A DNA stretch of 63,921 bases, the filler included, from Octopus bimaculoides (Eukaryota): the NCBI RefSeq assembly GCF_001194135.2. It is 7 parts of 5 records of this genome, joined end to end, with 100 filler letters (N's around TTAATTAATTAA, not from the genome) between each part and the next. Parts side by side here need not be neighbours in the genome. Positions count along the whole stretch, not along the records: positions 53,470 to 62,793 come from NC_068985.1; positions 62,894 to 63,921 come from NC_069010.1; 5 more parts are not named here. The stretch is one strand, 5' to 3'. The notes under the pieces are model-generated. The model was given only the letters and a program-made list of their open reading frames with translations. It was not told the origin of the DNA and made no database searches. Positions 53,370 through 63,921 of this stretch are shown one piece after another. Both the position numbers and the translations under genes were made by a program. Positions within the stretch are counted from its first letter, which is position 1. The number at the start of each line of letters is the position of its first letter.

Positions 53370-53469
53370 NNNNNNNNNNNNNNNNNNNNNNNNNNNNNNN
53401 NNNNNNNNNNNNNTTAATTAATTAANNNNNNNNNNNNNNNNNNNNNNNNNNNNNNNNNNNNNNNNNNNN

Positions 53470-53504
<35 letters not shown>

Positions 53505-53739
53505 GTATTTTTGTGTATATACACACACGCTAATATCGAACACAAAGAATGAGTGTTAACACCACATTGTTGAATAAATATGTTCGTTTTTAGTGGGCTA
53601 ACAAGGGTACCGATGGTTTCGTGCTAAGGGGTTTTCTCAGTTGTTCAATCGTATGACATAGAAGTGTTATTACTCGTCTCCATATACGACCTTGATCAAC
53701 CCAGGGATTTACGAGAATCCACTTACGGACTAGAGATTT

Positions 53740-53828
53740 GCGAGAAGACATTTACCCAAAATGCCACGCAGCGAGACTGAACCCAGATCCATGTGAATGA
53801 GTAGCAAAAACCTTATCCCACTAGCGCA
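53740..53828 (-). mobile_element. Degenerate SINE type A 5' fragment
   Basis: gagaagacatttacccaaaatgccacgcagcgagactgaacccagatccatgtg. Confidence 0.6.
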
Positions 53829-53861
53829 TTTGTGTTCTGCCACGTTAATACAAATGCATAT

Positions 53862-54076
53862 TTTTCTTTTACTTGTTTCAGTCATTTGACTGCGGCCATG
53901 CTGGAGCACCGCCTTTAGTGGAGTAAATCGACCCCGGGACTTATTCTTTGTAAGCCTAGTACTTATTCTAACGGATCTTTTGCCGAACCGCTAAGTGATG
54001 GGGGCATAAACACACCAGTATCGGTTGTCAAGCAATTCTAGGGAGACAAACACAGACACACAAACACACACACACA

Positions 54077-54159
<83 letters not shown>

Positions 54160-54318
54160 ATATATAAGACGGACTTCTTTCAGTTTCCGTCTACCAAATC
54201 CACTTACAAGGCTTTGGTCGGCCCGAGAATGTAGTAGAAGACACGTGCCCAAGATGCCACGCAGTGGGACTGAACGCGGAACCATGTGGTTGGTAAGCTA
54301 TTTACCACACAGCCACTC
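53862..54318 (-). mobile_element. SINE type A, nearly full length (left arm of the inverted pair)
   Basis: Tail at 53862, internal (TA)/(TG) tract, head ending cagccactc at 54318. Confidence 0.93.
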
Positions 54319-54776
54319 ACACGAAACTAAAAATTATGTGACCCCTACCTGTCTGTGACTATCACATTCTGTCGTCAGCGCAGCGTGTCGTAGAACATAA
54401 ACAATTTTTGCAACTAAAGTTCATTGCTTTCTGACTTGAACAAATGACTAACGATTCGTGGCAATTTTTGTAAGCTGTATGCAGTCTCGTGAATCGTCGT
54501 TTATGATCTCCCACAAGAATTTTAATATTTGTATGTATGTATGCATCTCCCGAGAATAGGAAGGTACATGCGCGTGTGTGTGTATGTGCGGGTGCGTGTG
54601 TGTGTTTATGTGTGCTTATTCACACACACACACACACACACAGACAAACACACAGACATGCGTATCTATACGCACATACGTTTGTGTGCATAAGCATATA
54701 ACGTACGAGAGTGTAGATATGATCCCGACAATATTTGCATTCTCGAATCTCTTCTTTAATGAGTCAAAACTTTGGT

Positions 54777-54874
54777 GAAGAAGAAGAAGAAGAAGAAGAA
54801 GAAGAAGAAGAAGAAGAAGAAGAAGAAGAAGAAGAAGAAGAAGAAGAAGAAGAAGAAGAAGAAGAAGAAGAAGA
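54777..54874. repeat. (GAA)~32 microsatellite
   Basis: Visible directly. Confidence 0.95.
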
Positions 54875-55045
54875 AATGCACTTAGAGAAATATAAGAAGC
54901 AGTTAATGTTATTTAATGGGTGAGCAATTCAATGTGTCATCCACTATACCATCTCTGTAACTGACAATGCTTTTCATCTGCTAACCAGGAATTTCACCTG
55001 AATTTTGTGATTTGAATTGTCATCACTTCGATTCTACGCTTTAAA

Positions 55046-55204
55046 GAGTGGCTGTGTGGTGTATAGCTTACCAACCACATGGTTCCGCGTTCAGTCCCAC
55101 TGCCTGGCATCTTGGGCACGTGTCTTCTACTACATTCTCGGGCCGACCAAAGCCTTGTAAGTGGATTTGGTAGACGGAAACTGAAAGAAGTCCGTCTTAT
55201 ATAT

Positions 55205-55255
<51 letters not shown>
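55046..55255 (+). mobile_element. SINE type A, 5' half only (right arm of the inverted pair)
   Basis: Three mismatches in 162 nt versus the reverse complement of 54157-54318; ends in (CA)n. Confidence 0.93.
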
Positions 55256-55256
<1 letters not shown>

Positions 55257-55434
55257 TGCAGATCTGTCGAACTGGGATTTTATCACAAATTTAACATCAA
55301 AGTAGGAAATCAATGCAAGTGTAATGAGCGCTTGGTGTGATTAAAGGATGGGATAATTTCAACCACACAGGTGTTTTAGAAACTATGACCACGAAAATAT
55401 TATTTACTTTTCGTTGTTTATGCTTGAGTTTACT

Positions 55435-55731
55435 GAAGGCGCCTGGCTCAGCGGTTAGAGCGTCGAGCTCACAATCATGAGTTAGTGAGTTTGATTCCCA
55501 GACGGGCTGTGTGTTGTGTTCTTGTGCAAGACACCTTATTTCACGTTGCTCCAGTTCACTCATATGTAGAAATGAGTTGCGGCGTCACTGGTGCCATACT
55601 GTATCGGCCTTTGCCTTTCCCTTGAATAACACTGGGGGAGCGGAGAGAGGCGGCAAGTATGCATGGGAGACTACTGGTCTTCCATAAGCAACCTGGCCCG
55701 GAGGGTAACTTTCTAGGTGCAATCCCATGGT
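55435..55731 (+). mobile_element. SINE type C head and CORE-like domain with tail Z
   Basis: ggcgcctggctcagcggttagagcg...gagtttgattccc...gttgtgttcttgtgcaagacacctt; tail 55657-55730 matches the reverse complement of 63533-63619. Confidence 0.85.
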
Positions 55732-57710
55732 TATGTAGTCTGTATAATTGAATATTAAATCAATGACGTGGTTGCACATCAACGATTTTATACATTTATC
55801 ACCGTATGGTATTCTTTTAAACGATTGTCAAATGAAAATTCTTCTTAACGTTACTTCTGAGACGCCTTTGAATAGAGCTGTAGGAGAAAAGAAGTACCTT
55901 TAAAGCGTATGATTGCACTGTAGAATGAAAACGAATGAAACCAAATTATACACTTTTAAATGTTTTTCGATGACGCCTTGGCCATCCGTGTCCCCGAGGT
56001 CTGCGACTGAGTTTGCATTTTAAATTAACTGAAAGTTTTTTGAAAGGTAGCATGACAAAGAGGGCTCTTATTTATTTCTTGTTCTCACATTCTTTAGAGT
56101 TATGTGGGTGATTCGTTATACGGTGCCATTTTTATAGCAGCGAATATTCTTTGATCATTTGATAGATATTTTCCATAAATATTTAAAACAATATGTGCAT
56201 ATCCAAGGTATTCACATCAAAATACCAAATATAGTATTGGAATATGCAAAACGAAAATTGTAACAAAATACATTTTAAGAAGTTTTATACACCATTTAAA
56301 TGCCAAAGGATCGTGTAAATTCTTATGAACACCTCCTGACATACAATGTAGATTAATCACCAAATAGACTGTTTAATTGAATATTAAATCAATGACGTGG
56401 ACACTGGACAAATCACACTGGACAAGTCACGCTGGACACTGAGTAGGGAAATGTAAAATTTAATATGTTAACATGCGAGTTTAATTAAGCCAGCTCCATG
56501 ACAACGAAAGTCAAAAGTGATTGATGTTAAAGAGATGCATGCTGGACATTTTATAAGGTTTTCCGCTGTGTCAACCACCATCTCTGTGTGATAATGAAAA
56601 TATATAATAGAGAATATCCTTGAAAGTTAAACACATTAAGAGGAAGCTGTTGGACAGTCTCAATCTCCAGCATGGCATGATTGAGTTCTAAACCATCATC
56701 ATCTCCTTAGGCCTGAGGATAGTGCATAGTCGATTAAATCGACCTTCTTACTTCAGTGGTACATATATTGTTGATCTTGGATGGAAAAAGAAAAGCGAAT
56801 CCAAGTTTAGCAAGATTAGAACTCACAATGCAAAGATCTGTAACAAAATACTACAAAACAATTTGTTCATAATTATGAAAAGATAAAATTACAAAATGAA
56901 TAGAAATAGTTATAAAACAGAAGTCAGAATTTACCTGTATAAGACGTTTACGTTTAGCGATACTGCTGATGGGAGTTATATATCCCTATTATCTCATCAG
57001 AAAAACTATGCCTGATAGAAGGAAACCGATTACATTTTTGAAATCCACGGACAAAACTACATATAAAACACCATATAATATCCCTGATGAAAATTGGCTG
57101 TTGACCAGTGTAATTAATAATTCAATTTATATAAAGTCCTGCTTACTCTGAGTTCAATCCTGTTCGAGCCGTTATATATGACCAATGACATTCTACATAT
57201 GACTATTCTGCCATTTTTGATCAAATACAAAGCCATGATTTGATGTATTGTTTTCATATTTAAGAAGTTCTGATGTGATATGAAAGAGATTTTGCAGCCA
57301 TTTCAAGATGGTTGAATGATCACATCGAAATCCCAGGATATAAGAATTTGGGCAAAGAGAACCAGATTTTCTGGTTTTATTACTTTCGAGAGATGATGGA
57401 AGAGTTAACCGTCATCAAATTAAATTTACAGAGAGCAGGATTGAGAACCGGTTTCCTTTTATCATATCTCAGTTTGTTACCAGAGTCTATACGCATATGC
57501 ACATACACATGCACACATACACACAAACACACACATATAAATATTTGTGCATATATATACACGTGTGTTTCTGTTCCTGATTATATGTATTATGTAACGT
57601 ATACATCTAATTTCTCTGTCACACACTCTATTTCATGTGGGTGTGTGCGTGTGTGTGTATGTGTGTGTTTGTGTATGTATATGTATATATATATAGATAG
57701 ATAGATAGAC

Positions 57711-57768
<58 letters not shown>

Positions 57769-59589
57769 ATTAATAATAATTATATGACAACAAAAGAATA
57801 AATGAGACCTCGATATTATGTAAAATAGAGGAATTTATCTATAAATATATGTGACAATTAGTTAGTTATCNNNNNNNNNNNNNNNNNNNNNNNNNNNNNN
57901 NNNNNNNNNNNNNNNNNNNNNNNNNNNNNNNNNNNNNNNNNNNNNNNNNNNNNNNNNNNNNNNNNNNNNNNNNNNNNNNNNNNNNNNNNNNNNNNNNNNN
58001 NNNNNNNNNNNNNNNNNNNNNNNNNNNNNNNNNNNNNNNNNNNNNNNNNNNNNNNNNNNNNNNNNNNNNNNNNNNNNNNNNNNNNNNNNNNNNNNNNNNN
58101 NNNNNNNNNNNNNNNNNNNNNNNNNNNNNNNNNNNNNNNNNNNNNNNNNNNNNNNNNNNNNNNNNNNNNNNNNNNNNNNNNNNNNNNNNNNNNNNNNNNN
58201 NNNNNNNNNNNNNNNNNNATATATATGGATTCGTGAATAGAATAATAGTTCTTGCTATTTTTCGCTTGATGTTCGGAAAGGAGAAAGTTCACTTAACAAA
58301 TCGTGTGATTCATTTTTTAATAGTTCCTCACTCTCACACACTGACACATTTGAAGTAGTTTTCTCACCGCAGTTAATACAGTCACAAAGTTTTGCCCGCT
58401 GTACCCTCCTTTCTCTCTCCGATGCTTGTCGCATTTGACACTGTTCTCGGAATATTAAACCGACCCTTTTATTAAAACCAAAAGAATCGATTCAATTTCG
58501 AAGCCAAGGCTAATTTTATAATAGTTATTTTTCCTGCTTGTAATGTCGCTTACTCTCTTTGCTTCAAACAGGAAGCATGCGTGTGAGCATATATAAGTCT
58601 GTATGAAATCAGTTATCAGATAAAATCGTTCGTTTTTTTTTTTCAGTGCTTTTTTAACAAAAAATACTTTTATTGTACTGTTTTTAGTTAGCAGTTATTG
58701 GTTTTAAAACAAATTTCTGTCATAAAGAATGACAACTAAATATATTTTTCCTCAATAAGTTTTTCAATCATCGTTTTCAAATGAAAATTTTCTGTTTTTA
58801 ATTAAATTCAAATATTTGTGAAAAAAGTATTCGGAAAAATGTATGCTTAAGGTTCTCTTTGTTTTTTGTTTTTTTAATGCATTTTCTTGTTTATGTTTTG
58901 CTTGTTTGTTCATTTTTGCTTAGTTCTCCCTCGTTGCCCACCGCTGACCATAGCAGTGAAGTATTCAGTCCTGAAACATGGAAAATTCCTGGAAAATCTC
59001 TTCAAAATTTTCAACTAATTGCCATCTCTTTAAAGTCCCACAGTCAAATGTTTTAAAATGGAGCTTAACTCATCATAGGTCTTCTGCTGCGCACCGTGTT
59101 CTGCTTGATTATTTAATGCATATCTAAGCGGCGAGCTCATTATCACGTTGGCATAATGCTTAGCAGCATTTCGTCCGTCCTTACGGCCGAGGTCGATTTT
59201 GCATTCATCCTCCTAGGGTCGCTAAAATAAGTACCAGTTGAGCANNNNNNNNNNGGGTCGCTAAAATAAGTACCAGTTGAGCATGTAATCGATTAATCTG
59301 CCCCGCCCCACCAAAAAAAAAATTCCAGGCCTTGTGATTATTTATTACATATGTATTTGCACCGGCAACAAGCATACAGGTTCAAATTCGCCAAACAAGT
59401 ACTGTAAAGTTCTGGTTTAAATAGTTATTCACTATAACTTTGCATTGTCAGCAGAGAAATTAGGGAATATTTAACCTCCAGGGATTGGTCACAATAAACT
59501 GAAAGACGCCAAAATTAATTTCGAATATAGCTTGCTATACTCACATCTGCTAAAGTTGCACAACAGAACGCTTAAAAGCTGTCGTTGAA

Positions 59590-59794
59590 CGATTTTAAAT
59601 ATATCTGGTATTTTGGAGGAGGGGACTAGTCGATTACATCGACTCCAGTGCTCAACTGGTACTAATTTTATCAACCCCTAGAGGATGATAGGAGAAGTTG
59701 ACCCCCGCGGAATTTGAACTCAGAACGTAAGGACGATCGAAGTGCCGCTAAGCATTTCGTCCGGCGTGTTAACCTTTCTGCCAGCTCGCCGCTT
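59590..59794 (-). mobile_element. SINE type B (tail B3)
   Basis: ggaggaggggactagtcgattacatcgactccagtgctcaactggtac...ggaatttgaactcagaacg...tttctgccagctcgccgctt. Confidence 0.88.
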
Positions 59795-59802
59795 ACATAT
59801 GT

Positions 59803-60018
59803 ATTCTTTTCTACCCTAGGCACAAGGCACAAATTTTTTGGGGAAGGGACGAGTCGATTAGATCGACCCCAGTATGCAACTGGTACTTAATTTATCGACC
59901 CCGAAAGGATGAAAGACAAATTCCACTTCGGCAGAATTTGAACTCAGAAAGTGGTGACAGACGAAACACAGCTAAGCATTTTGCCCGGCGTGCTAACTAT
60001 TCTGCCAGCTCACCGCTT
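59803..60018 (-). mobile_element. SINE type B (tail B2) inserted at the 5' flank of the previous copy, TSD acatatgt
   Basis: attcttttctacc...ctgccagctcaccgctt; acatatgt at 59795-59802 and 60019-60026. Confidence 0.88.
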
Positions 60019-60663
60019 ACATATGTCTTAAATAATGAAGCATACCACACTGGAGCAAGAGTGCCCACGAAAACAAAATGTGTCGCGGAAGAGGTCACAG
60101 AGGTGTGACGAAAGATTTCCGGACAATGGACATAAGTTAAAATAAAAAATATATATATATATANNNNNNNNNNNNNNNNNNNNNNNNNNNNNNNNNNNNN
60201 NNNNNNNNNNNNNNNNNNNNNNNNNNNNNNNNNNNNNNNNNNNNNNNNNNNNNNNNNNNNNNNAGAACGAACGGCTTCCGAGCAATCAATCTATGAGTTA
60301 GTGTATTCCCGGTGGCGACTGTTTTTATACATCTTGGTTGGAATAAATAGTGAAAAGGTACTTTTGATGAGCGAACCGGTTTATCAGCAATTTCGCGCCC
60401 TTGTACACATTCGAACCACAATGACAGAGAAACAATAATCCACTTAAGTTAAGTTGTGTTGGAAGGTGTTAGTACCACATGAATACTACCCGATGAGTTA
60501 ATAATATATTAAGCCAAAGATACGACATATGTGATGATCAAGTTAAATAGGTTCCGACACAGTATTCGAGTTTTAAAAATTCTTGAATGTCTCATGTTGC
60601 TTTAAGATTTAAATATTTTATAAATCCTTTAGGTTAACTCTAATGAGAGAAATATAGATGATT

Positions 60664-60862
60664 AAGGCGGTGAGCTGGCAGAAACGTTAGCACGCCGGAC
60701 GAAATGCTTAGCGGTATTTCGTCTGCTGTTACGTTCTGAGTTCAAATTCCACCGAAGTCAACTTTGCCTTTCATCCTTTCGGGGTCGATAAATTAAGTAC
60801 CAGTTACGCATTGGGATCGATGTAATCCCTTTGTCTGTCCTTGTTTGTCCTCTCTACGTTTA
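60664..60862 (+). mobile_element. SINE type B, low-divergence copy (tail B1), cut by a gap
   Basis: aaggcggtgagctggcagaaacgttagcacgccgg...gagttcaaattccacc...cggggtcgataaattaagtaccagttacgc. Confidence 0.92.
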
Positions 60863-61938
60863 NNNNNNNNNNNNNNNNNNNNNNNNNNNNNNNNNNNNNN
60901 NNNNNNNNNNNNNNNNNNNNNNNNNNNNNNNNNNNNNNNNNNNNNNNNNNNNNNNNNNNNNNNNNNNNNNNNNNNNNNNNNNNNNNNNNNNNNNNNNNNN
61001 NNNNNNNNNNNNNNNNNNNNNNNNNNNNNNNNNNNNNNNNNNNNNNNNNNNNNNNNNNNNNNNNNNNNNNNNNNNNNNNNNNNNNNNNNNNNNNNNNNNN
61101 NNNNNNNNNNNNNNNNNNNNNNNNNNNNNNNNNNNNNNNNNNNNNNNNNNNNNNNNNNNNNNNNNNNNNNNNNNNNNNNNNNNNNNNNNNNNNNNNNNNN
61201 NNNNNNNNNNNNNNNNNNNNNNNNNNNNNNNNNNNNNNNNNNNNNNNNNNNNNNNNNNNNNNNNNNNNNNNNNNNNNNNNNNNNNNNNNNNNNNNNNNNN
61301 NNNNNNNNNNNNNNNNNNNNNNNNNNNNNNNNNNNNNNNNNNNNNNNNNNNNNNNNNNNNNNNNNNNNNNNNNNNNNNNNNNNNNNNNNNNNNNNNNNNN
61401 NNNNNNNNNNNNNNNNNNNNNNNNNNNNNNNNNNNNNNNNNNNNNNNNNNNNNNNNNNNNNNNNNNNNNNNNNNNNNNNNNNNNNNNNNNNNNNNNNNNN
61501 NNNNNNNNNNNNNNNNNNNNNNNNNNNNNNNNNNNNNNNNNNNNNNNNNNNNNNNNNNNNNNNNNNNNNNNNNNNNNNNNNNNNNNNNNNNNNNNNNNNN
61601 NNNNNNNNNNNNNNNNNNNNNNNNNNNNNNNNNNNNNNNNNNNNNNNNNNNNNNNNNNNNNNNNNNNNNNNNNNNNNNNNNNNNNNNNNNNNNNNNNNNN
61701 NNNNNNNNTATATATTTATAGATTTTTATATCTTGTGTTTATGAATGCATCCATATATGCTGTGGAGTATTCCGACACTTTGAAATATATTGAGTGAATA
61801 TGAACACAGACCTTTAAAAAATTTGTTCTCTTTTTTTTTTGTTTTGTATTCCTGAGTCTCTATGAGAGCGCTAATGAGTTGTGCTGTATAAGGGGACAAT
61901 TATCCCATTTGTTTCTAGCTAGCTAGACGTGTGTGTGT

Positions 61939-62110
61939 GAGGACGCATGGCTTAGTGATTAGTGTGTTGCACTCACGATTCGGCGATCGAGGTTTCAATT
62001 CTTTGAACTGAAGGTGCGTTGTGGTCTTGAGCAAATCGGTTCATCTCAGGTTGCTCTATGATCACTTGGACACCTGACGCGCGGTACACCGTGTACCTGT
62101 CCAGCCAACG
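61939..62110 (+). mobile_element. Diverged SINE type C-like copy
   Basis: ggacgcatggcttagtgattag...ggtttcaattc...gcgttgtggtcttgagcaa. Confidence 0.65.
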
Positions 62111-62893
62111 TCGCTATGTTGGAGGGAGTGAGATAATCAATGCCACGAACTTTTGACCGCTAGAAAGAAATCAATTGTGTAGGTCATTGAATGTTCATAC
62201 ATCGTCTTAGGAGAAAACAGTTTGAATTATTTTGGCCATATTTATATTAGATGGAGTGTGTATCATTTATCACTAGTATTACTTTACTGGTTGGCATTTT
62301 CCTGTCTTGGCATTGATTATATTTGTTGACGTCTCGTTTATTTCCCTTCATTTGCTGATAGGGTGCGATGTGTTTAAATTTAAATTTAATTTTTATCTTT
62401 TTATTTCTCTGTTAATTTTCTAAATTTTCTAGCTTTTTTTTTCTGTCAAGTTTCCTGTAATAAATTCATTTGATTTCGCGTGTTTGTATTACATTGGACT
62501 TCTAAATATTGTTGCTTTAGAGATTAAACGAAACTTGCTTTTCTGAGAATGTTGGTATGTAAGTCGTCTTAATCAAATCATAAAATTCAAGTCAAGCTTT
62601 ACAATTTGTGTCACCGTTTATTATGTTCAGGCTCAAGCATTTTTTTTCCAAACATAAAACTAGGACTGCATTACTCTATATTTGAATTGCATTTTAAAAG
62701 CTTCTACATCACTTATAAGGGAATATTTATCAGCCGTTCCCTCTAAGTCTGATTAGGTGTTCTTTTATCGGTACGGCTTGATCCAACGTTGACNNNNNNN
62801 NNNNNNNNNNNNNNNNNNNNNNNNNNNNNNNNNNNNNTTAATTAATTAANNNNNNNNNNNNNNNNNNNNNNNNNNNNNNNNNNNNNNNNNNNN

Positions 62894-63171
62894 CCGCTAA
62901 GTTATGGGGACGTAAACACACCAGCATTGGTTGTTAAGCGATGGTGGGGGGACAAACACAGACACACAAACACACACATACACATATATATATATATATA
63001 CATATATACGACGGGCTCCTTTCAGTTTCCGTCTACCAAATCCACTCACAAGGCTTTGGTTGGCCCGAGGCTATAGTAGAAGACACTTGCCCAAGGTGCC
63101 ACACAGTGGGACTGAACCCGGAACCATGTGGTTGGTAAGCAAGCTACTTACCACACAGCCACACCTGCGCC
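62894..63171 (-). mobile_element. SINE type A, low divergence, 3' end in a gap
   Basis: ccgctaagttatggggacg...ctttcagtttccgtctaccaaatcc...cacacagccacacctgcgcc. Confidence 0.92.
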
Positions 63172-63499
63172 ATGTTAATAATTTACATATATCTCCTCAT
63201 GCATTTTGAGGATTGAAAGTGTAGCAGATTCAAAATATTTTATGAGAATATGCACTTCCAAGTGCACACCAGAACACTCACCCATAGTGAAAATCATTTT
63301 GCGTTTCTTCATTTGCAGCAGAATGAATATTTTCATCTGGAAATAACAAAAGTAAAACAAAACAAAACAAAAAAGAAAGTTAATCAACACCAATTAATAA
63401 ATTAACAGCAGACATTTTACTATAAATTATGTACGAGATTATAATCACAAATGTGAGGCAATAACAGAAGAACATGTTTTTTGACAAGACTCAAACCAG

Positions 63500-63625
63500 G
63501 AGGCTGCTGAGACCCCCTGCGGTCATGACTGACCATGGGATTGCACCTAGAAAGTTACCCTCCGAGGCACAAGTCCGGGCAAGTTTGTTTATGGAAGGCC
63601 AGCAGTCGCCCATGCATACCAGCTG
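63500..63625 (-). mobile_element. Isolated tail-Z segment (SINE tail or partner-LINE 3' end)
   Basis: Reverse complement gtatgcatgggcgactgctggccttccataa...cggagggtaactttctaggtgcaatcccatgg matches 55657-55730. Confidence 0.7.
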
Positions 63626-63748
63626 GTATCCTTTGACATGGTTGTTTGTTCCTGTCTTCCAGCAGAAATTATGTATTTGTTTTCCTGTTTTACACTGCAT
63701 ACAGTATGTACCAACTGCATTGTAAACCATTGTGTATGTATTCTGTGT

Positions 63749-63921
63749 GGAGGCGCAATGGCCCAGTGGTCAGGGCAGCGGACTCGCAGTCATAGGATCG
63801 CGGTTTCGATTCCCAGACCGGGCGTTGTGAGTGTTTATTGAGCGAAAACACCTAAAAGCTCCACGAGGCTCCGGCAGGGGATGGTGGCGAACCCTGCTGT
63901 ACTCTTCCACCACAACTTTCT
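63749..63921 (+). mobile_element. SINE type D (tRNA-like head), runs off the window end
   Basis: ggcgcaatggcccagtggtcagggcagcggactcgcagtcataggatcgcggtttcgattccc (A/B boxes) continues directly into a body shared with 46985-47030. Confidence 0.85.

Noticed and set aside
56935-57011. Minus-strand exon-like segment (ctatcag|...cag|gtaaat)
   Set aside because: Stops in all frames; a non-coding exon cannot be supported without transcript data.
57312-57480. IEIPGY motif suggesting an APE endonuclease
   Set aside because: A single short motif with no other APE signatures nearby.
24805-62849. TTAATTAATTAA islands inside N-runs (24805, 34926, 47806, 51178, 53414, 62838)
   Set aside because: The same 12-mer sits within gaps and gives stops in all six frames; it is an assembly or scaffolding marker, not biology.
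63749-63825. tRNA-like sequences (also 8381, 55437, 61941, 60664)
   Set aside because: A/B boxes are present but the acceptor stems are not closed and each runs into a repeated SINE body; these are SINE heads, not tRNA genes.

Overview
AT-rich, gap-ridden eukaryotic scaffold segment dominated by microsatellites and transposon debris. A mitochondrial 16S insert and the SINE types point to an octopod cephalopod, probably Octopus (inference). I could not support any intact protein-coding gene, tRNA gene or CRISPR array; nearly all listed ORFs are microsatellite or N-gap read-throughs. Identifiable content: (i) a decayed LINE at 640-2212 interrupted by a two-piece, internally inverted 16S rRNA NUMT; (ii) a ~2.1-kb dead RTE-clade LINE with a PHD-type finger inside the RT domain; (iii) R4/Dong-type LINE fragments in (TAA)n tracts; (iv) a two-C2H2-finger fragment, probably a LINE 3' end; (v) more than 20 copies or fragments of at least four tRNA-derived SINE types with shuffled tails; (vi) a Helentron-type non-autonomous element and a pogo/Tigger-like MITE end. 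The best second-look items are a type I hammerhead ribozyme motif with a palindromic stem III (minus strand, 26871-26960, Penelope/retrozyme-like context), the rearranged NUMT inside a LINE, and a near-identical inverted SINE pair able to form ~200 bp of dsRNA. All identifications were made by eye, without database searches.
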